Part shown: piece after piece, positions 7,203 through 17,554 of the stretch
Numbering within the stretch: the first letter of the stretch is position 1
How the letters are laid out: every line of letters begins with the position of its first letter
Source of the DNA: Croceifilum oryzae
GTDB lineage: Bacteria > Bacillota > Bacilli > Thermoactinomycetales > Thermoactinomycetaceae
DNA: 32,000 nt
Direction: 5' to 3'
NCBI RefSeq assembly: GCF_030814315.1
Contig: NZ_JAUSUV010000001.1
Span: 268,813-300,812, forward strand
Position numbers and translations under genes: made by a program
The notes under the pieces: model-generated
Told to the model about the DNA's origin: nothing
Databases searched by the model: none
What the model saw: the letters and a program-made list of their open reading frames with translations, nothing else

Positions 7203-7703
7203 ATGCCTGATTCAGTCAAACCATTCATCCATGGAACCTATATGCGTTTTCTGCACCTTAACGAACAGAGGATGGATGCTGATCTCCATGCCTTTCTAAA
7301 AGAAGCTACAGATGACGATCTAACCCATTTTCCGAAAAACATGACAGCTGTCCACGTGATTGATTGTATTGGTCGAAATGAACCGATTAATAATACAGCG
7401 ATTGCGAAGCAGATGAATTTATCGAAGGCTAATATCACCAAAATCAGTACGAAGTTGTTGCAAGGGGAATTTATTAGGCGGTTCCAATTAACGGATAACA
7501 AGAAGGAAATCTATTTCCGATTAACGCCTAAGGGGAAGCGTGTGTGTGATTTGCATGAGAAGCTGCATGTGGAGAAGGAACAGCGGTTTTATCAGTTCCT
7601 CGATTCGTTTTCGGATACAGAGCAGGAGATGATTCTAAAATTCTTGCGGGAATTGACGGGGCATATAACCGAGGAGCAAAAAGAGGGGCGGGAGGATTCA
7701 TGA
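7203..7703 (+). CDS. MarR-family transcriptional regulator
   Basis: wHTH pattern NNTAIAKQMNLSKANITKISTKLLQGEFIRR. The stop overlaps the MFS start (ATGA at 7700-7703). The start is uncertain: GTG 7182 or ATG 7203. Confidence 0.85.
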   Translation: MPDSVKPFIHGTYMRFLHLNEQRMDADLHAFLKEATDDDLTHFPKNMTAVHVIDCIGRNEPINNTAIAKQMNLSKANITKISTKLLQGEFIRRFQLTDNKKEIYFRLTPKGKRVCDLHEKLHVEKEQRFYQFLDSFSDTEQEMILKFLRELTGHITEEQKEGREDS

Positions 7704-8944
7704 TGGAACAGATGAACAGAGGATCTACATTTGTATTGTATCTGGTATGTATGAGTGCGCTGTTTGCATCTTTAAGCCAAAATATTTATTCTCCTATCAT
7801 TCCGTTAATCAAAGACTCTTTTGGGGTGTCTGTAACGATGGTGAATATTTCTGTCTCGATCTTTATTTTGATTACTGCCATCATGCAGATCGTGCTTGGG
7901 TTTGTCATTGATTTTAAAGAGGCTAAGTCCATCTTGATTCCAGGGATGATCTTGACAATTATAGCCAGCATCGGCTGTGCGATTACACAGGACTTCACGG
8001 TGTTTCTGGTATGTCGGTCTTTGCAAGCACTCGGAACGGCTGCGATTCCGTTAATTGCGGCAACGACGATTGGCAATCTCTTTCAAGGTAGTGAGCGTGG
8101 GAAAGCGATGGGGACGTATCAGATGGTGTTATCGATTGCTCCAGTTGTCGCGCCTGTAGTAGGTGGATTTATTGGGAATCAGTACAGCTATCCCGGCATC
8201 TTCTGGTTTATTACGGTTATATCTGTGATCTTACTGTGGATCAATAGTCTTTACTTCCCGAAAGGTCAAACGAGTAAGCAAGAGCCTATCCGCATAGGGA
8301 AAGCATTATCCCATTACAAAGCGATCTTTAAAAGTAGGGTTGGAAGCTCTATTTTGATTCTAAGCTTTGTTGCCTTCTTCCTTTATTTTTCGATGATTGT
8401 CTATCTGCCTATCGTGTTAACGGATCGATATCATCTGAGCTTAGGAATAGTAGGCTTGCTTTACCTACCTATGGCATTCAGTACCATGCTTGGAAGTGTG
8501 TTTTTTAAATATATCCAAGTCAGAAAGCCACTTAAGAGCGTGCTTTTATGGGGAAATGTGGTGATGGCGTCCAGCGTTCTCTTGTTTGCTTTCACTCATC
8601 TATTTTCCTTAGTGGGTATATCGATTTCCTTGATTCTTCATGGAATGGCAGTAGGGATACTAACGCCTCTTTTTTCAACGATGATCACAAATGAATTCGA
8701 GCAACAAAAAGGGAGTGCCATCGGTATGTTTAACTTTGTCCGATATATGGGGATGGCCGCTGGTCCTATCATTTCTGGCTTTCTCTTAGCTTTCGGTAAC
8801 TCCTCTATGATATTTGGATCGATGGGTGTGCTTTATCTCGTATTGGGCCTTTTTATGATGGTGAGGATGTATGCCAATCAGAAAAGGGTTGTGGAATGCA
8901 AAGGGAATGTAAAAAGGGAATGTAAAAAGGGAATGAGGGGATGA
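7700..8944 (+). CDS. MFS transporter (drug-efflux-like, about 12 TM)
   Basis: 414-aa hydrophobic protein with repeated TM segments. It is translationally coupled to the upstream MarR gene. Confidence 0.9.
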   Translation: MMEQMNRGSTFVLYLVCMSALFASLSQNIYSPIIPLIKDSFGVSVTMVNISVSIFILITAIMQIVLGFVIDFKEAKSILIPGMILTIIASIGCAITQDFTVFLVCRSLQALGTAAIPLIAATTIGNLFQGSERGKAMGTYQMVLSIAPVVAPVVGGFIGNQYSYPGIFWFITVISVILLWINSLYFPKGQTSKQEPIRIGKALSHYKAIFKSRVGSSILILSFVAFFLYFSMIVYLPIVLTDRYHLSLGIVGLLYLPMAFSTMLGSVFFKYIQVRKPLKSVLLWGNVVMASSVLLFAFTHLFSLVGISISLILHGMAVGILTPLFSTMITNEFEQQKGSAIGMFNFVRYMGMAAGPIISGFLLAFGNSSMIFGSMGVLYLVLGLFMMVRMYANQKRVVECKGNVKRECKKGMRG

Positions 8945-9140
8945 TTACTTCTTCTTTCATGCTAGAAGGATTTCTTCGATTTTTAGAATTTCAGCCGCGC
9001 AAATGCTGAAGTATATCGTTGCAGTTTTGTATCTATGTCGTTCACTCATTTCGGAATGCATGTGCTATACTGTGTGGTATGAGAATTGGCTAGAATAGTA
9101 CTAGAATTGATTTTTTAGTATGTACGGAGGTGGATGAGGT

Positions 9141-9431
9141 TTGGCTATAACCAAAACAGAGGTAGAGCACGTTGCGAATTTGGCACGCCTTACATTAACA
9201 GAAGAAGAAACGGAGCAATTTACGGATCAGTTGAACCGCATTTTGCAAATGGCAGAGAAGTTAAATGAGCTAGATACAACTGGGATTGAACCAACAAGCC
9301 ATGTGTTGCCGATGGCAAATGTGATGCGGGAAGATGAGGTTCGTCCTTCGCTTCCGCTTGAGAAAGTTCTACTTAATGCGCCGGATCAAAAAGATGGTTT
9401 GGTTCGTGTGCCAGCAGTATTTGAGGGGTAG
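9141..9431 (+). CDS. gatC: Asp/Glu-tRNA amidotransferase subunit C
   Basis: 96 aa with [25 protein letters not shown] start with GGAGG upstream. First gene of a gatCAB arrangement. Confidence 0.95.
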   Translation: MAITKTEVEHVANLARLTLTEEETEQFTDQLNRILQMAEKLNELDTTGIEPTSHVLPMANVMREDEVRPSLPLEKVLLNAPDQKDGLVRVPAVFEG

Positions 9432-9443
9432 GGGAGAAGAGAT

Positions 9444-10910
9444 ATGTCGCTATTACGTGGATCGTTACAAGAGATTCATAGCCGTCTAGCGAAAAAGGAG
9501 ATTACTTCAGTTGATCTTGTTCAAGAGTCATTGAAGCGGATTCAAGAAGTAGACGGAGATGTTCGCGCCTTTTTGTTAGTGGATGAAGAGGGAGCTTTAA
9601 AGCGAGCAAACGAGTTAGATGAAAAATATAGCAAAGAAGGTACGCGGGGGCTTTTGGCGAGCTTACCTGTTGGTGTAAAAGATAATATTTGTACAGAAGG
9701 CTTAACGACTACTTGCGGGAGTCAGTTACTAGCAAACTATCAACCTGTTTACAATGCAACAGTAGTAGAGAAATTACATAACGCAGATGCGATCACCATA
9801 GGAAAAATGAATATGGACGAGTTTGCTATGGGCTCTTCCAATGAAAATTCGAGCTTTTCCCCTGTACATAATCCATGGGATTTGAGCACAGTACCGGGTG
9901 GCTCGAGCGGTGGTTCTGCTGCTGCTGTGGCGGCTGGCGAAGTATATTTTGCGCTTGGTTCGGATACAGGTGGCTCGATTCGTCAACCAGCGGCGTTTAC
10001 TGGTACCGTTGGTTTGAAACCTACTTATGGCTTGATTTCTCGTTACGGACTCGTGGCGTTTGCTTCTTCACTCGATCAAATTGGACCGCTTACGAAGAAT
10101 GTGGAAGATTCGGCTTATGTGTTACAAGCGATTGCGGGACATGACCGGTATGATTCTACTTCGGCGAATGTAGAGATTCCAGATTATCTGTCTGCTTTGA
10201 CAGGTGATGTAAAGGGGCTGCGAGTAGGGGTTCCAAAGGAAATGATGGGCGAAGGCATTGATCCAGGAGTGAAGGCTCTCATACAGAAATCGTTGGATAC
10301 CTTAGAGAGTCTCGGTGCTACGATTGAAGAAGTATCCTTGCCCCATTCGGAGTATGCGGTAGCTACTTACTATTTGATTGCTCCAGCGGAAGCTTCTTCG
10401 AACTTGGCTCGATTTGATGGCGTTCGTTATGGGGCTCGGAAATATGGTGAAAACCTGATTGATCTATATCATGAGACACGTAGCAAAGGGTTTGGCCCTG
10501 AGGTGAAACGTCGTATTATGCTTGGGACGTATGCACTTAGCTCTGGTTACTATGATGCGTATTATAAAAAAGCACAACAAGTTCGTACGTTAATCGCTCA
10601 AGACTTCGAGCAATTATTTGCGAAATATGATGTGATTATGGGACCGACGACTCCGACGACAGCCTTTAAGTTGAATGAGAGAATCGATGATCCGATGACG
10701 ATGTATGCGAATGATATGTGTACCATTCCGGCTAACTTGGCAGGGCTTCCGGGAATCAGTGTGCCTTGTGGATTGTCGGACGGTCTCCCTGTGGGACTGC
10801 AAATTATCGGGAAACCGTTTGCGGAATCCACACTCTTGCGTGTCGCACATGCGTTTGAGCAAGCAACGGATCGTCTGCCTGAACCAAAGTTAGGAGGGAG
10901 CCGCGCATGA
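9444..10910 (+). CDS. gatA: Asp/Glu-tRNA amidotransferase subunit A
   Basis: Amidase signature [14 protein letters not shown]. 488 aa. The stop overlaps the gatB start. Confidence 0.97.
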   Translation: MSLLRGSLQEIHSRLAKKEITSVDLVQESLKRIQEVDGDVRAFLLVDEEGALKRANELDEKYSKEGTRGLLASLPVGVKDNICTEGLTTTCGSQLLANYQPVYNATVVEKLHNADAITIGKMNMDEFAMGSSNENSSFSPVHNPWDLSTVPGGSSGGSAAAVAAGEVYFALGSDTGGSIRQPAAFTGTVGLKPTYGLISRYGLVAFASSLDQIGPLTKNVEDSAYVLQAIAGHDRYDSTSANVEIPDYLSALTGDVKGLRVGVPKEMMGEGIDPGVKALIQKSLDTLESLGATIEEVSLPHSEYAVATYYLIAPAEASSNLARFDGVRYGARKYGENLIDLYHETRSKGFGPEVKRRIMLGTYALSSGYYDAYYKKAQQVRTLIAQDFEQLFAKYDVIMGPTTPTTAFKLNERIDDPMTMYANDMCTIPANLAGLPGISVPCGLSDGLPVGLQIIGKPFAESTLLRVAHAFEQATDRLPEPKLGGSRA

Positions 10911-12337
10911 GTAAGTATGAGACAGTAGTAGGATTAGAAGTACACGTCGAACTTCATACCAAAAGTAAGATTTTCTGCGGATGCTCTACAACTTTTGGTG
11001 CAGCGCCTAATACGCAGACATGTCCGATTTGTCTAGGTCATCCGGGTGTTCTTCCCGTTCTGAATCGAGAAGCGGTGAATTTCGCGATGAAGGCGGCGAT
11101 GGCGCTAAATTGTGAGATTGCAACTCACTCTAAATTTGATCGTAAGAACTATTTTTATCCTGATTGTCCCAAGGCATATCAGATCTCTCAGTTTGATCAA
11201 CCGATCGGGGAGAATGGTTGGCTTGAGATTGAAGTAGATGGTGTCAAAAAACGGATTGGGATTACACGTCTTCACTTGGAAGAGGATGCAGGGAAGCTGA
11301 CGCATGACGACGATGCAACTTTAGTTGACTTTAACCGCGTAGGCATGCCACTCGTTGAGATCGTTTCGGAGCCAGATCTCCGTTCTCCAGCAGAGGCGAA
11401 AGCTTACTTAGAAAAGCTGAAATCGATTATTCAGTATACGGGTGTATCCGATGTGAAGTTGGAAGAGGGATCTCTTCGTTGTGATGCGAATATCAGCTTA
11501 CGTCCTTACGGGCAAGAGAAATTTGGTACGAGGACAGAGCTGAAGAATCTAAACTCTTTCCGTAACATCGAGCGCTCTCTTCAATATGAAGAAGTTCGTC
11601 AAGCCAAGGCGTTAGATGCGGGAGAGACCATTACCCAACAGACGCTACGTTGGAATGAAGAAACCAATGAGGTAAAGGTGATGCGTAGCAAAGAGCAAGC
11701 GCATGACTATCGATACTTCCCAGAGCCAGATCTCGTGAGTCTGGTGATTAGTGACGAGTGGAAGGAAGAGATTCGTAGCTCGATTCCAGAGCTTCCGGAT
11801 TCCCGTAAAGCTTGCTATATCAAGGATTGGGGACTTTCTGGCTATGATGCGGACCAATTGACCGTTACGCGTAATGTGGCGGACTATTTTGAGCAAACTG
11901 TACAAGCTGGGGCCGATGCGAAACTGGCGGCGAACTGGATTACTGGGGACTTGATGGGCTATCTAAATAGCCATAATTTAGAGATTCATCAGTCGAACGT
12001 AACGCCTACTTTGCTTGCTGGAATGGTCGATTTACTGCAAAAAGGAACGATTAGCAGTAAGATCGCAAAAACGGTCTTTAAAGAAATGGTCGAGACAGGT
12101 AAAGAAGCAACGAAGATCGTGGAAGAAAAAGGCTTGGTGCAGATTAGCGATGAAGGGGCGATTCGCTCTGAAGTGGTGAAGGTCATCCAAGCAAATCCAC
12201 AGTCCATTGATGATTTTAAAAATGGAAAAGATCGTGCGTTAGGCTTCTTAGTTGGGCAAGTGATGAAGGCGACCAAAGGAAAAGCGAATCCACAGATGGT
12301 AAATGAAATGATTCGAGAAGAATTGAGCAAGCTATAA
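10907..12337 (+). CDS. gatB: Asp/Glu-tRNA amidotransferase subunit B
   Basis: N-terminus [23 protein letters not shown]. 476 aa with a GatB/YqeY-like C-terminal domain. Confidence 0.97.
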   Translation: MSKYETVVGLEVHVELHTKSKIFCGCSTTFGAAPNTQTCPICLGHPGVLPVLNREAVNFAMKAAMALNCEIATHSKFDRKNYFYPDCPKAYQISQFDQPIGENGWLEIEVDGVKKRIGITRLHLEEDAGKLTHDDDATLVDFNRVGMPLVEIVSEPDLRSPAEAKAYLEKLKSIIQYTGVSDVKLEEGSLRCDANISLRPYGQEKFGTRTELKNLNSFRNIERSLQYEEVRQAKALDAGETITQQTLRWNEETNEVKVMRSKEQAHDYRYFPEPDLVSLVISDEWKEEIRSSIPELPDSRKACYIKDWGLSGYDADQLTVTRNVADYFEQTVQAGADAKLAANWITGDLMGYLNSHNLEIHQSNVTPTLLAGMVDLLQKGTISSKIAKTVFKEMVETGKEATKIVEEKGLVQISDEGAIRSEVVKVIQANPQSIDDFKNGKDRALGFLVGQVMKATKGKANPQMVNEMIREELSKL

Positions 12338-12355
12338 ATGAGTCTTTGTAAGAGA

Positions 12356-12390
12356 GGCTCGTCCCTTTTTTTTGGGACGGGCTCCTTTTT
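12356..12390 (+). terminator. Rho-independent terminator after gatB
   Basis: ggctcgtccc-T8-gggacgggct followed by ccttttt. Confidence 0.6.
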
Positions 12391-12417
12391 CTATCTATCG
12401 GCTAAGGGTGATATGTC

Positions 12418-12717
12418 TTGTATTTACTGTATGTAGTTATCGGCGTCTTGTTTTTAGTAAATGGGATTACCCACTTATTCTCTGGTCAGGCATCCCTAGC
12501 TGTTCACTATTTTCTCCTTTTGTTATTCAGTCACGTCATTGTGAGTGAACTTTATTTAAAGAAGCCATTTGGACGAAACATTTATTTATTAGCGACTATT
12601 TTGTTGGTGGTCGATGGGATTTACCAATTCTTTATCGAGAGAAGTATCTTCGCAGGAATTATAGGTCTTTTCTTTGGCTTCTCGTTATGGCAATCCCACC
12701 AGCGTTTAAAGAGATAA
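12418..12717 (+). CDS. Small hydrophobic membrane protein (about 3 TM), unknown function
   Basis: 99-codon ORF with a TTG start. AAGGGTGA lies 6 nt upstream. Composition is strongly hydrophobic. Confidence 0.55.
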   Translation: MYLLYVVIGVLFLVNGITHLFSGQASLAVHYFLLLLFSHVIVSELYLKKPFGRNIYLLATILLVVDGIYQFFIERSIFAGIIGLFFGFSLWQSHQRLKR

Positions 12718-12752
12718 GCCTTTTATGTTGAGGAGAAACAAGGAGAGTTTGC

Positions 12753-14126
12753 ATGAAACGAAAGCCACCCGTCCAAGTAGGACAAGTGATCGAAGTAGAG
12801 ATCCATGGACAAGGTCATAATGGATCTGGAGTCGGGAGATATAACGGATTCACCATATTCATATCACTAGTGGTACCGGGGGAGAAAGTGCTGGCAAAAG
12901 TATCATTGGTCAAGAAAAATTATGCCCAAGCGGATCTACTGGAAGTAATAGAAGCACATGAAAATCGAATGGAGCCCAGGTGCCCGATTTATCAAGAATG
13001 TGGGGGATGTCAATCCCAGCATTTAAGCTATCCGGAGCAGTTGCGCTTAAAAGAGCAACAAGTCCGTGATCAGTTTGAGCGGATTGGAGGTTTCCATGAC
13101 CTTGCGATTCATCCGATTTTAGGGATGGAAGAGCCTTGGATCTATCGAAATAAAGCGCAGGTTCCTTTTGGACAGAATCCACAAGGGGAAATCGTAGCGG
13201 GTTTTTATGCTAACCAATCACATGAAATTATTGACTTAGAATCTTGTTATATTCAACATCCAGATAATGATGCTGTGATCCGCTTTGTGAAACAACTGGT
13301 ACGAGAGTTATCAATCCCTGTTTATCATGAAAAGACACATACAGGGATTCTTCGGCATCTGATGGTGCGGATTGGTGTACATACAAATGAAATCATGGTC
13401 GTCCTCGTCACGAATGGCAAAAAGCTACCTCATAAGGAGATACTCGTTTCCAAGATTCGAGAAGCATTTCCTCAGTGTCAATCGATTGTGCAAAATGTGA
13501 ATGATCGATCGACAAATGTGATTTTAGGAAAAGAGAACATCCTATTATGGGGAAGAGATGTAATTTACGATACGATCGGTGATGTGAAATTTGCGATTTC
13601 GCCTCATTCTTTCTTCCAAGTAAATCCGGTTCAAACGGAAGTTCTCTATGACCAAGCTCGGAAATTCGCGGCTCTTACAGGTGAAGAAACGGTTGTAGAT
13701 GCGTATTGCGGAATTGGTACGATTGCGATGTATGTAGCCGATCAGGCGAAGCAAGTGTACGGAGTGGAGATTGTACCAGAGGCTATTGCGGATGCGAAGG
13801 AGAATGCAAAGCGAAATCAGATGTCGCATGTTCATTTTGAGGTAGGGGCAGCGGAGAAGGTAATGCCGAAGTGGCTGAATCGAGGAATTCGTCCCGAAGT
13901 AGTGATTGTGGATCCACCTCGGAAAGGCTGTGATTCGGAGCTGTTAGATGCGGTAGTGGGAATGAAGCCAGAGCGGGTTGTCTATGTATCTTGTAATCCG
14001 GCGACTCTTGCGCGGGATGCGAAGTATTTGGCAGAGTTAGGGTATGAGACGGTGGAGGTTCAACCGGTGGATATGTTTCCGCAGACAGGTCATGTGGAGT
14101 GTGTGGCGTGGATGAAGCGGGGTTGA
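12753..14126 (+). CDS. rlmCD: 23S rRNA (uracil-C5)-methyltransferase, RumA/RlmCD type
   Basis: N-terminal TRAM-like region, Fe-S cysteines CPIYQECGGCQSQHL, SAM motif DAYCGIGTI and catalytic YVSCNPATLARD. RBS AGGAGAG upstream. Confidence 0.9.
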   Translation: MKRKPPVQVGQVIEVEIHGQGHNGSGVGRYNGFTIFISLVVPGEKVLAKVSLVKKNYAQADLLEVIEAHENRMEPRCPIYQECGGCQSQHLSYPEQLRLKEQQVRDQFERIGGFHDLAIHPILGMEEPWIYRNKAQVPFGQNPQGEIVAGFYANQSHEIIDLESCYIQHPDNDAVIRFVKQLVRELSIPVYHEKTHTGILRHLMVRIGVHTNEIMVVLVTNGKKLPHKEILVSKIREAFPQCQSIVQNVNDRSTNVILGKENILLWGRDVIYDTIGDVKFAISPHSFFQVNPVQTEVLYDQARKFAALTGEETVVDAYCGIGTIAMYVADQAKQVYGVEIVPEAIADAKENAKRNQMSHVHFEVGAAEKVMPKWLNRGIRPEVVIVDPPRKGCDSELLDAVVGMKPERVVYVSCNPATLARDAKYLAELGYETVEVQPVDMFPQTGHVECVAWMKRG

Positions 14127-14271
14127 CTCGTGGGGATTGCTTTCTATGGATTGTGGGCTGGTTGAGGGTGGATAGGGAGATGTAATGCTAAGTAGGATCG
14201 CTAACATCGCAGAAGTCAAATAGACACTCCCCTCCCACTAAACTAAACTCTTGGAATCAGCACAACTTTAC

Positions 14272-14352
14272 ATAGGAAAAAGGAAGTAGAGATGCTGTTT
14301 CGCTAATTACTGCAAAGTAGGACGCAGTGGCTAAACAGCTTTCTCTCTTCCT
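14272..14352 (-). terminator. Probable terminator of the PEP-utilising enzyme gene
   Basis: Long imperfect hairpin with arms at 14281-14300 and 14333-14352 (terminal 6 bp and 7 bp perfect). On the minus strand it is followed by TTTTTCC. Confidence 0.45.
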
Positions 14353-14381
14353 CTATATTAATGCTTGATTTTGCTTAACGA

Positions 14382-17090
14382 TCAAAAATCACCATCATTC
14401 TGACTATCTACAACTGCTTCTTCCCCTACATCCCGCAGAATCTCAATAAATCCATTCGTACCATCCACCCGAATATACTGCCCATCCTTCAATCTCGTTG
14501 TCGCATTCTCTACACTGACAACTGCCGGAATTCCATACTCTCTTGCTATAACAGATCCATGTGTCATTAAGCCGCCTATTTCGGTGATCAGTGCTGTTGC
14601 CGATTGGAAGAGCGGAGTCCAACCCGGATCTGTGTAGGGTGCAACGAGGATTTCTCCTTTGTTTAGCTGCCCTTCTGCTAAACTACGAACGACCTTTACA
14701 TAACCCTCTGCAACCCCAGCAGATACAGGGATTCCGATTAAAGCACCGGGCGGGGCGTGTTCGTTGCTTTGTTCAGGTGTGAAAATCTCTCCATCGCTTG
14801 TTATGATGTGGGGCGTCGTACATTTTTGATACCGAGACTCATGCTCTTTTCGCGACTGAATGAGTTCTTTGGCATCGGGTAAATGATTTTCTAGAAGAGC
14901 GATGATTTCGTCTAGAGATAAATAAAAGATGTCTTCTATATGATCGAGCTGGCTTTGTTGGCATAACGTAGCGGATTCTCCTATAAACACTTTCCTAAAA
15001 AGATCGAAATACTGGATCATGATGTACTTGGGAAACTCACGGATGCCTACCGTATTTCGGAAGATGCGAAGCAATTTGGATGCTTTTTTGGCTTTTCGTG
15101 ATCCACCAGGAAGTGCTTTCAAACGTGTTAACAAGTTATCGATTGCTTCGTTTGCTTCCAGTTCCCCGCGTTTAAATCTCTCCCAGTGCTCTCCGGGAGC
15201 ATTGGTCTGGATGTGGCCGAGGATCGCTGGAATCAAGATCATCGGGGCTTCTCGATAACGGGATCGCGTTAGATCGATCTCACCCGGTCCTCTCATTCCA
15301 TAGGTCTCCATGAATTGGATCCATGATGTTAGAAATGCATCTCCACCTGGAATATTGTGTAATCCCACGTAAAACGTACCATTGTCAGCTGTTTTTAAAT
15401 ATTCCATCACGTCAGGGTGATCTCTTAACACATCGGCTAAGTCGCCCACCATTAAGCCCATCTCACTGGTTATATTACCAGGTGGAGATTTGTGGATAGC
15501 GGGGTCTAGCTTTTCGTGTAACCATTTTTCTACTTTCTTTTCTAGGATACCCAGCGTCATAAAGCCCGCATATGTGTAGGTCAGAGCGTTACCAAAACAT
15601 TTGGGACCAAAGAAGGTGCCTAGTAATTCTTGAATATATCGAATGCGGTCGACTCCAGATCGGCGAGATACTTCTTCTGTATACTTGTTTAGCACAGCCT
15701 GATAGTCTGATTTAGCACGTGTTTGGATCAAATCGGGATCCTCAAAATAAATCACTTTGAGCGAGCGCGGAATCATTTTTGTAAAGAATCCAATCATGGA
15801 TTTATAGGTTTTGATCGCTTTTCGTAACTTGCCTCGCTTAGGCGCTTGCTTTTCGATTTCTCCATCTAAGATCGCTTTTTTAAGAGCCGAGAGACTCGCA
15901 TCCTTCGTTTTATTCTGGAGAATTTTTTGGCGAGCACGTTTGATATAAAGGAATTCGGAGATATCCATAAACAATCGACCGCCTGCTTCTACTAAGACGG
16001 AGCTTTCGGTACGATCTGCTGTTTTTCCGTAAGGAAACATGGTCTTCCAAACAGATCTACCGAGTGGTCTCATGTAATCGGTCATCATTTGACCATGACC
16101 GACTGAATAGAAAATACGGTATTGTTGATCCCGAGGAGCTGGGACTGGATATAAGGAAGTGATGGGACGGGCTTGAAGGATGTAGAATTGGTCACCGCAC
16201 AAGCACCATTCGATATCTTGTTCAGAACCAAAGTGTTGTTCAATTTCCCGCCCAATGGTTGCTAATTCTTTGATTTTTTGATCGGAAAGTGCTTGGGTCT
16301 CTTGTAATTCTAGATCTATTTCCCTGCACTCAGTTCCGCCTTCTTCTTGAGCGAAGATTCCTTTATCCTTCTTAGAAATTTGTTTGTGGATAATCTGATT
16401 GTCTCGTACTTTATAAAGATCAGGGGTTACCATCCCAGAGACAAACGCTTCTCCAAGTCCAAACCCAGCATCAATCGAGGTCGTTTTTCGGTGTCCCGTA
16501 ATGGGGTCAGCAGTAAAGAGAATGCCTGAGACATCGGGAAATACCATCTTTTGTACGACGATTGATAGGAAGACAGAGTGATGATCGAAACCGTTTTTAG
16601 AGCGGTAAATGATTGCCCTGTCTGTAAAGAGAGAGGCCCAACATTTCCTAACGGTATCGAGCAATTGATCCTTTCCTTTTACATGGAGATAGGTGTCTTG
16701 TTGTCCTGCAAAGGATGCAGTAGGTAAATCCTCCGCTGTTGCGCTAGAGCGAACGGCATAAGAATCAGTTGTCCCAAGATCTTCCCAAGCACGGATGATT
16801 TCGGATTCAACGGTTGGATCCATTGGCAGAGTTAAAATATGTCCGCGGATCATTTCGGAAACGAGTTGAATGACATCGAGGTGTTCAGGGTCCGTTTGGT
16901 CGAGCATCTCAAGGAAATCATTCATTCGTTTACTTGTGGACAGGATTTGCTGATAAGCGTCCACGGTAATGCAAAACCCAGGCGGAACTGGAAAGCCAGC
17001 TTGTGTTAATTCGCCGAGATTGGCTCCTTTTCCACCCACGACATCGATGCTATCCCGGTTTGTTTGCTCAAAATACGAAACATATTTCAA
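14382..17090 (-). CDS. PEP-utilising enzyme: N-terminal PPDK-type ATP-grasp domain and extreme C-terminal mobile His domain (rifampicin-phosphotransferase-like architecture, usually annotated as PEP synthase)
   Basis: N-terminus VGGKGANLGELTQAGFPVPPGF. C-terminus GGLMTHGSVIAREYGIPAVV, about 60 aa from the end. No TIM-barrel PEP/pyruvate domain follows the His domain. TTG start with GAGGTGA 7 nt upstream. Confidence 0.9.
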   Translation of the reverse strand: MKYVSYFEQTNRDSIDVVGGKGANLGELTQAGFPVPPGFCITVDAYQQILSTSKRMNDFLEMLDQTDPEHLDVIQLVSEMIRGHILTLPMDPTVESEIIRAWEDLGTTDSYAVRSSATAEDLPTASFAGQQDTYLHVKGKDQLLDTVRKCWASLFTDRAIIYRSKNGFDHHSVFLSIVVQKMVFPDVSGILFTADPITGHRKTTSIDAGFGLGEAFVSGMVTPDLYKVRDNQIIHKQISKKDKGIFAQEEGGTECREIDLELQETQALSDQKIKELATIGREIEQHFGSEQDIEWCLCGDQFYILQARPITSLYPVPAPRDQQYRIFYSVGHGQMMTDYMRPLGRSVWKTMFPYGKTADRTESSVLVEAGGRLFMDISEFLYIKRARQKILQNKTKDASLSALKKAILDGEIEKQAPKRGKLRKAIKTYKSMIGFFTKMIPRSLKVIYFEDPDLIQTRAKSDYQAVLNKYTEEVSRRSGVDRIRYIQELLGTFFGPKCFGNALTYTYAGFMTLGILEKKVEKWLHEKLDPAIHKSPPGNITSEMGLMVGDLADVLRDHPDVMEYLKTADNGTFYVGLHNIPGGDAFLTSWIQFMETYGMRGPGEIDLTRSRYREAPMILIPAILGHIQTNAPGEHWERFKRGELEANEAIDNLLTRLKALPGGSRKAKKASKLLRIFRNTVGIREFPKYIMIQYFDLFRKVFIGESATLCQQSQLDHIEDIFYLSLDEIIALLENHLPDAKELIQSRKEHESRYQKCTTPHIITSDGEIFTPEQSNEHAPPGALIGIPVSAGVAEGYVKVVRSLAEGQLNKGEILVAPYTDPGWTPLFQSATALITEIGGLMTHGSVIAREYGIPAVVSVENATTRLKDGQYIRVDGTNGFIEILRDVGEEAVVDSQNDGDF

Positions 17091-17182
17091 AACGATCTCA
17101 CCTCAGTATCTGTAGGAGTATTTTTCATTAACTCCATTTTTTATTTTCTTACTAAGTATATTGTCTAACCCACATAGAAAGA

Positions 17183-17236
17183 CTTCCATAAGCAAAAGAG
17201 TTACCCATATAAATGGATAACTCTTTCTTATGGAAG
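17183..17236. repeat. Long near-perfect inverted repeat (hairpin) in a divergent AT-rich intergenic region
   Basis: cttccataag (17183-17192) pairs with cttatggaag (17227-17236). aaagagtta (17195-17203) pairs with taactcttt (18218-18226 is wrong; correct span 17218-17226). ccat pairs with atgg. About 23 bp pair in total, with a 2-nt bulge, one mismatch and a 4-nt loop. Confidence 0.85.
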
Positions 17237-17554
17237 TGTAGTTGTAATTCATTTTGCTTAAAAAATGAATGGGTGGCGCTATTGATTATGATTCTCAATT
17301 TCATTATATGATGAATTGAGAAACTGTCAATAGGGAAATGTAAATGAATCAATGTTTCAAAGTTTACTTGACCTTTTGACAATATCGTGTTATTTCTAGG
17401 AAAAAGCAATGTGTAAGCGCTTATTAGTGTGTCGCATATAGCTCCTAAAAAATAGAAAAAGTAGGTTTATCGAAGGGTTATAAAGAGAAAGAATGAGTGT
17501 AGATGTAAAGACGAATACATTCGACTAGAACACAACATGTAGGTGGTGGATGTA

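Noticed and set aside
8945-9140. T-box or other leader upstream of gatCAB
   Set aside because: No T-box consensus (AAnnnGGGTGGTACCGCG-like) or specifier/antiterminator architecture is visible. Only a plausible extended -10 promoter (TGcTATACT) is present.
9774-12330. Multiple antisense or off-frame ORFs inside gatA and gatB (for example 9774-9986, 9875-10144, 10598-10862, 11105-11305, 11645-11905, 11989-12330)
   Set aside because: They are shadow ORFs within highly conserved genes and have no independent signals.
17152-17409. 85-aa minus-strand ORF in the AT-rich intergenic region
   Set aside because: It has no RBS, spans the two inverted repeats, and has a low-complexity AT-driven composition. 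It more likely lies in non-coding regulatory DNA.
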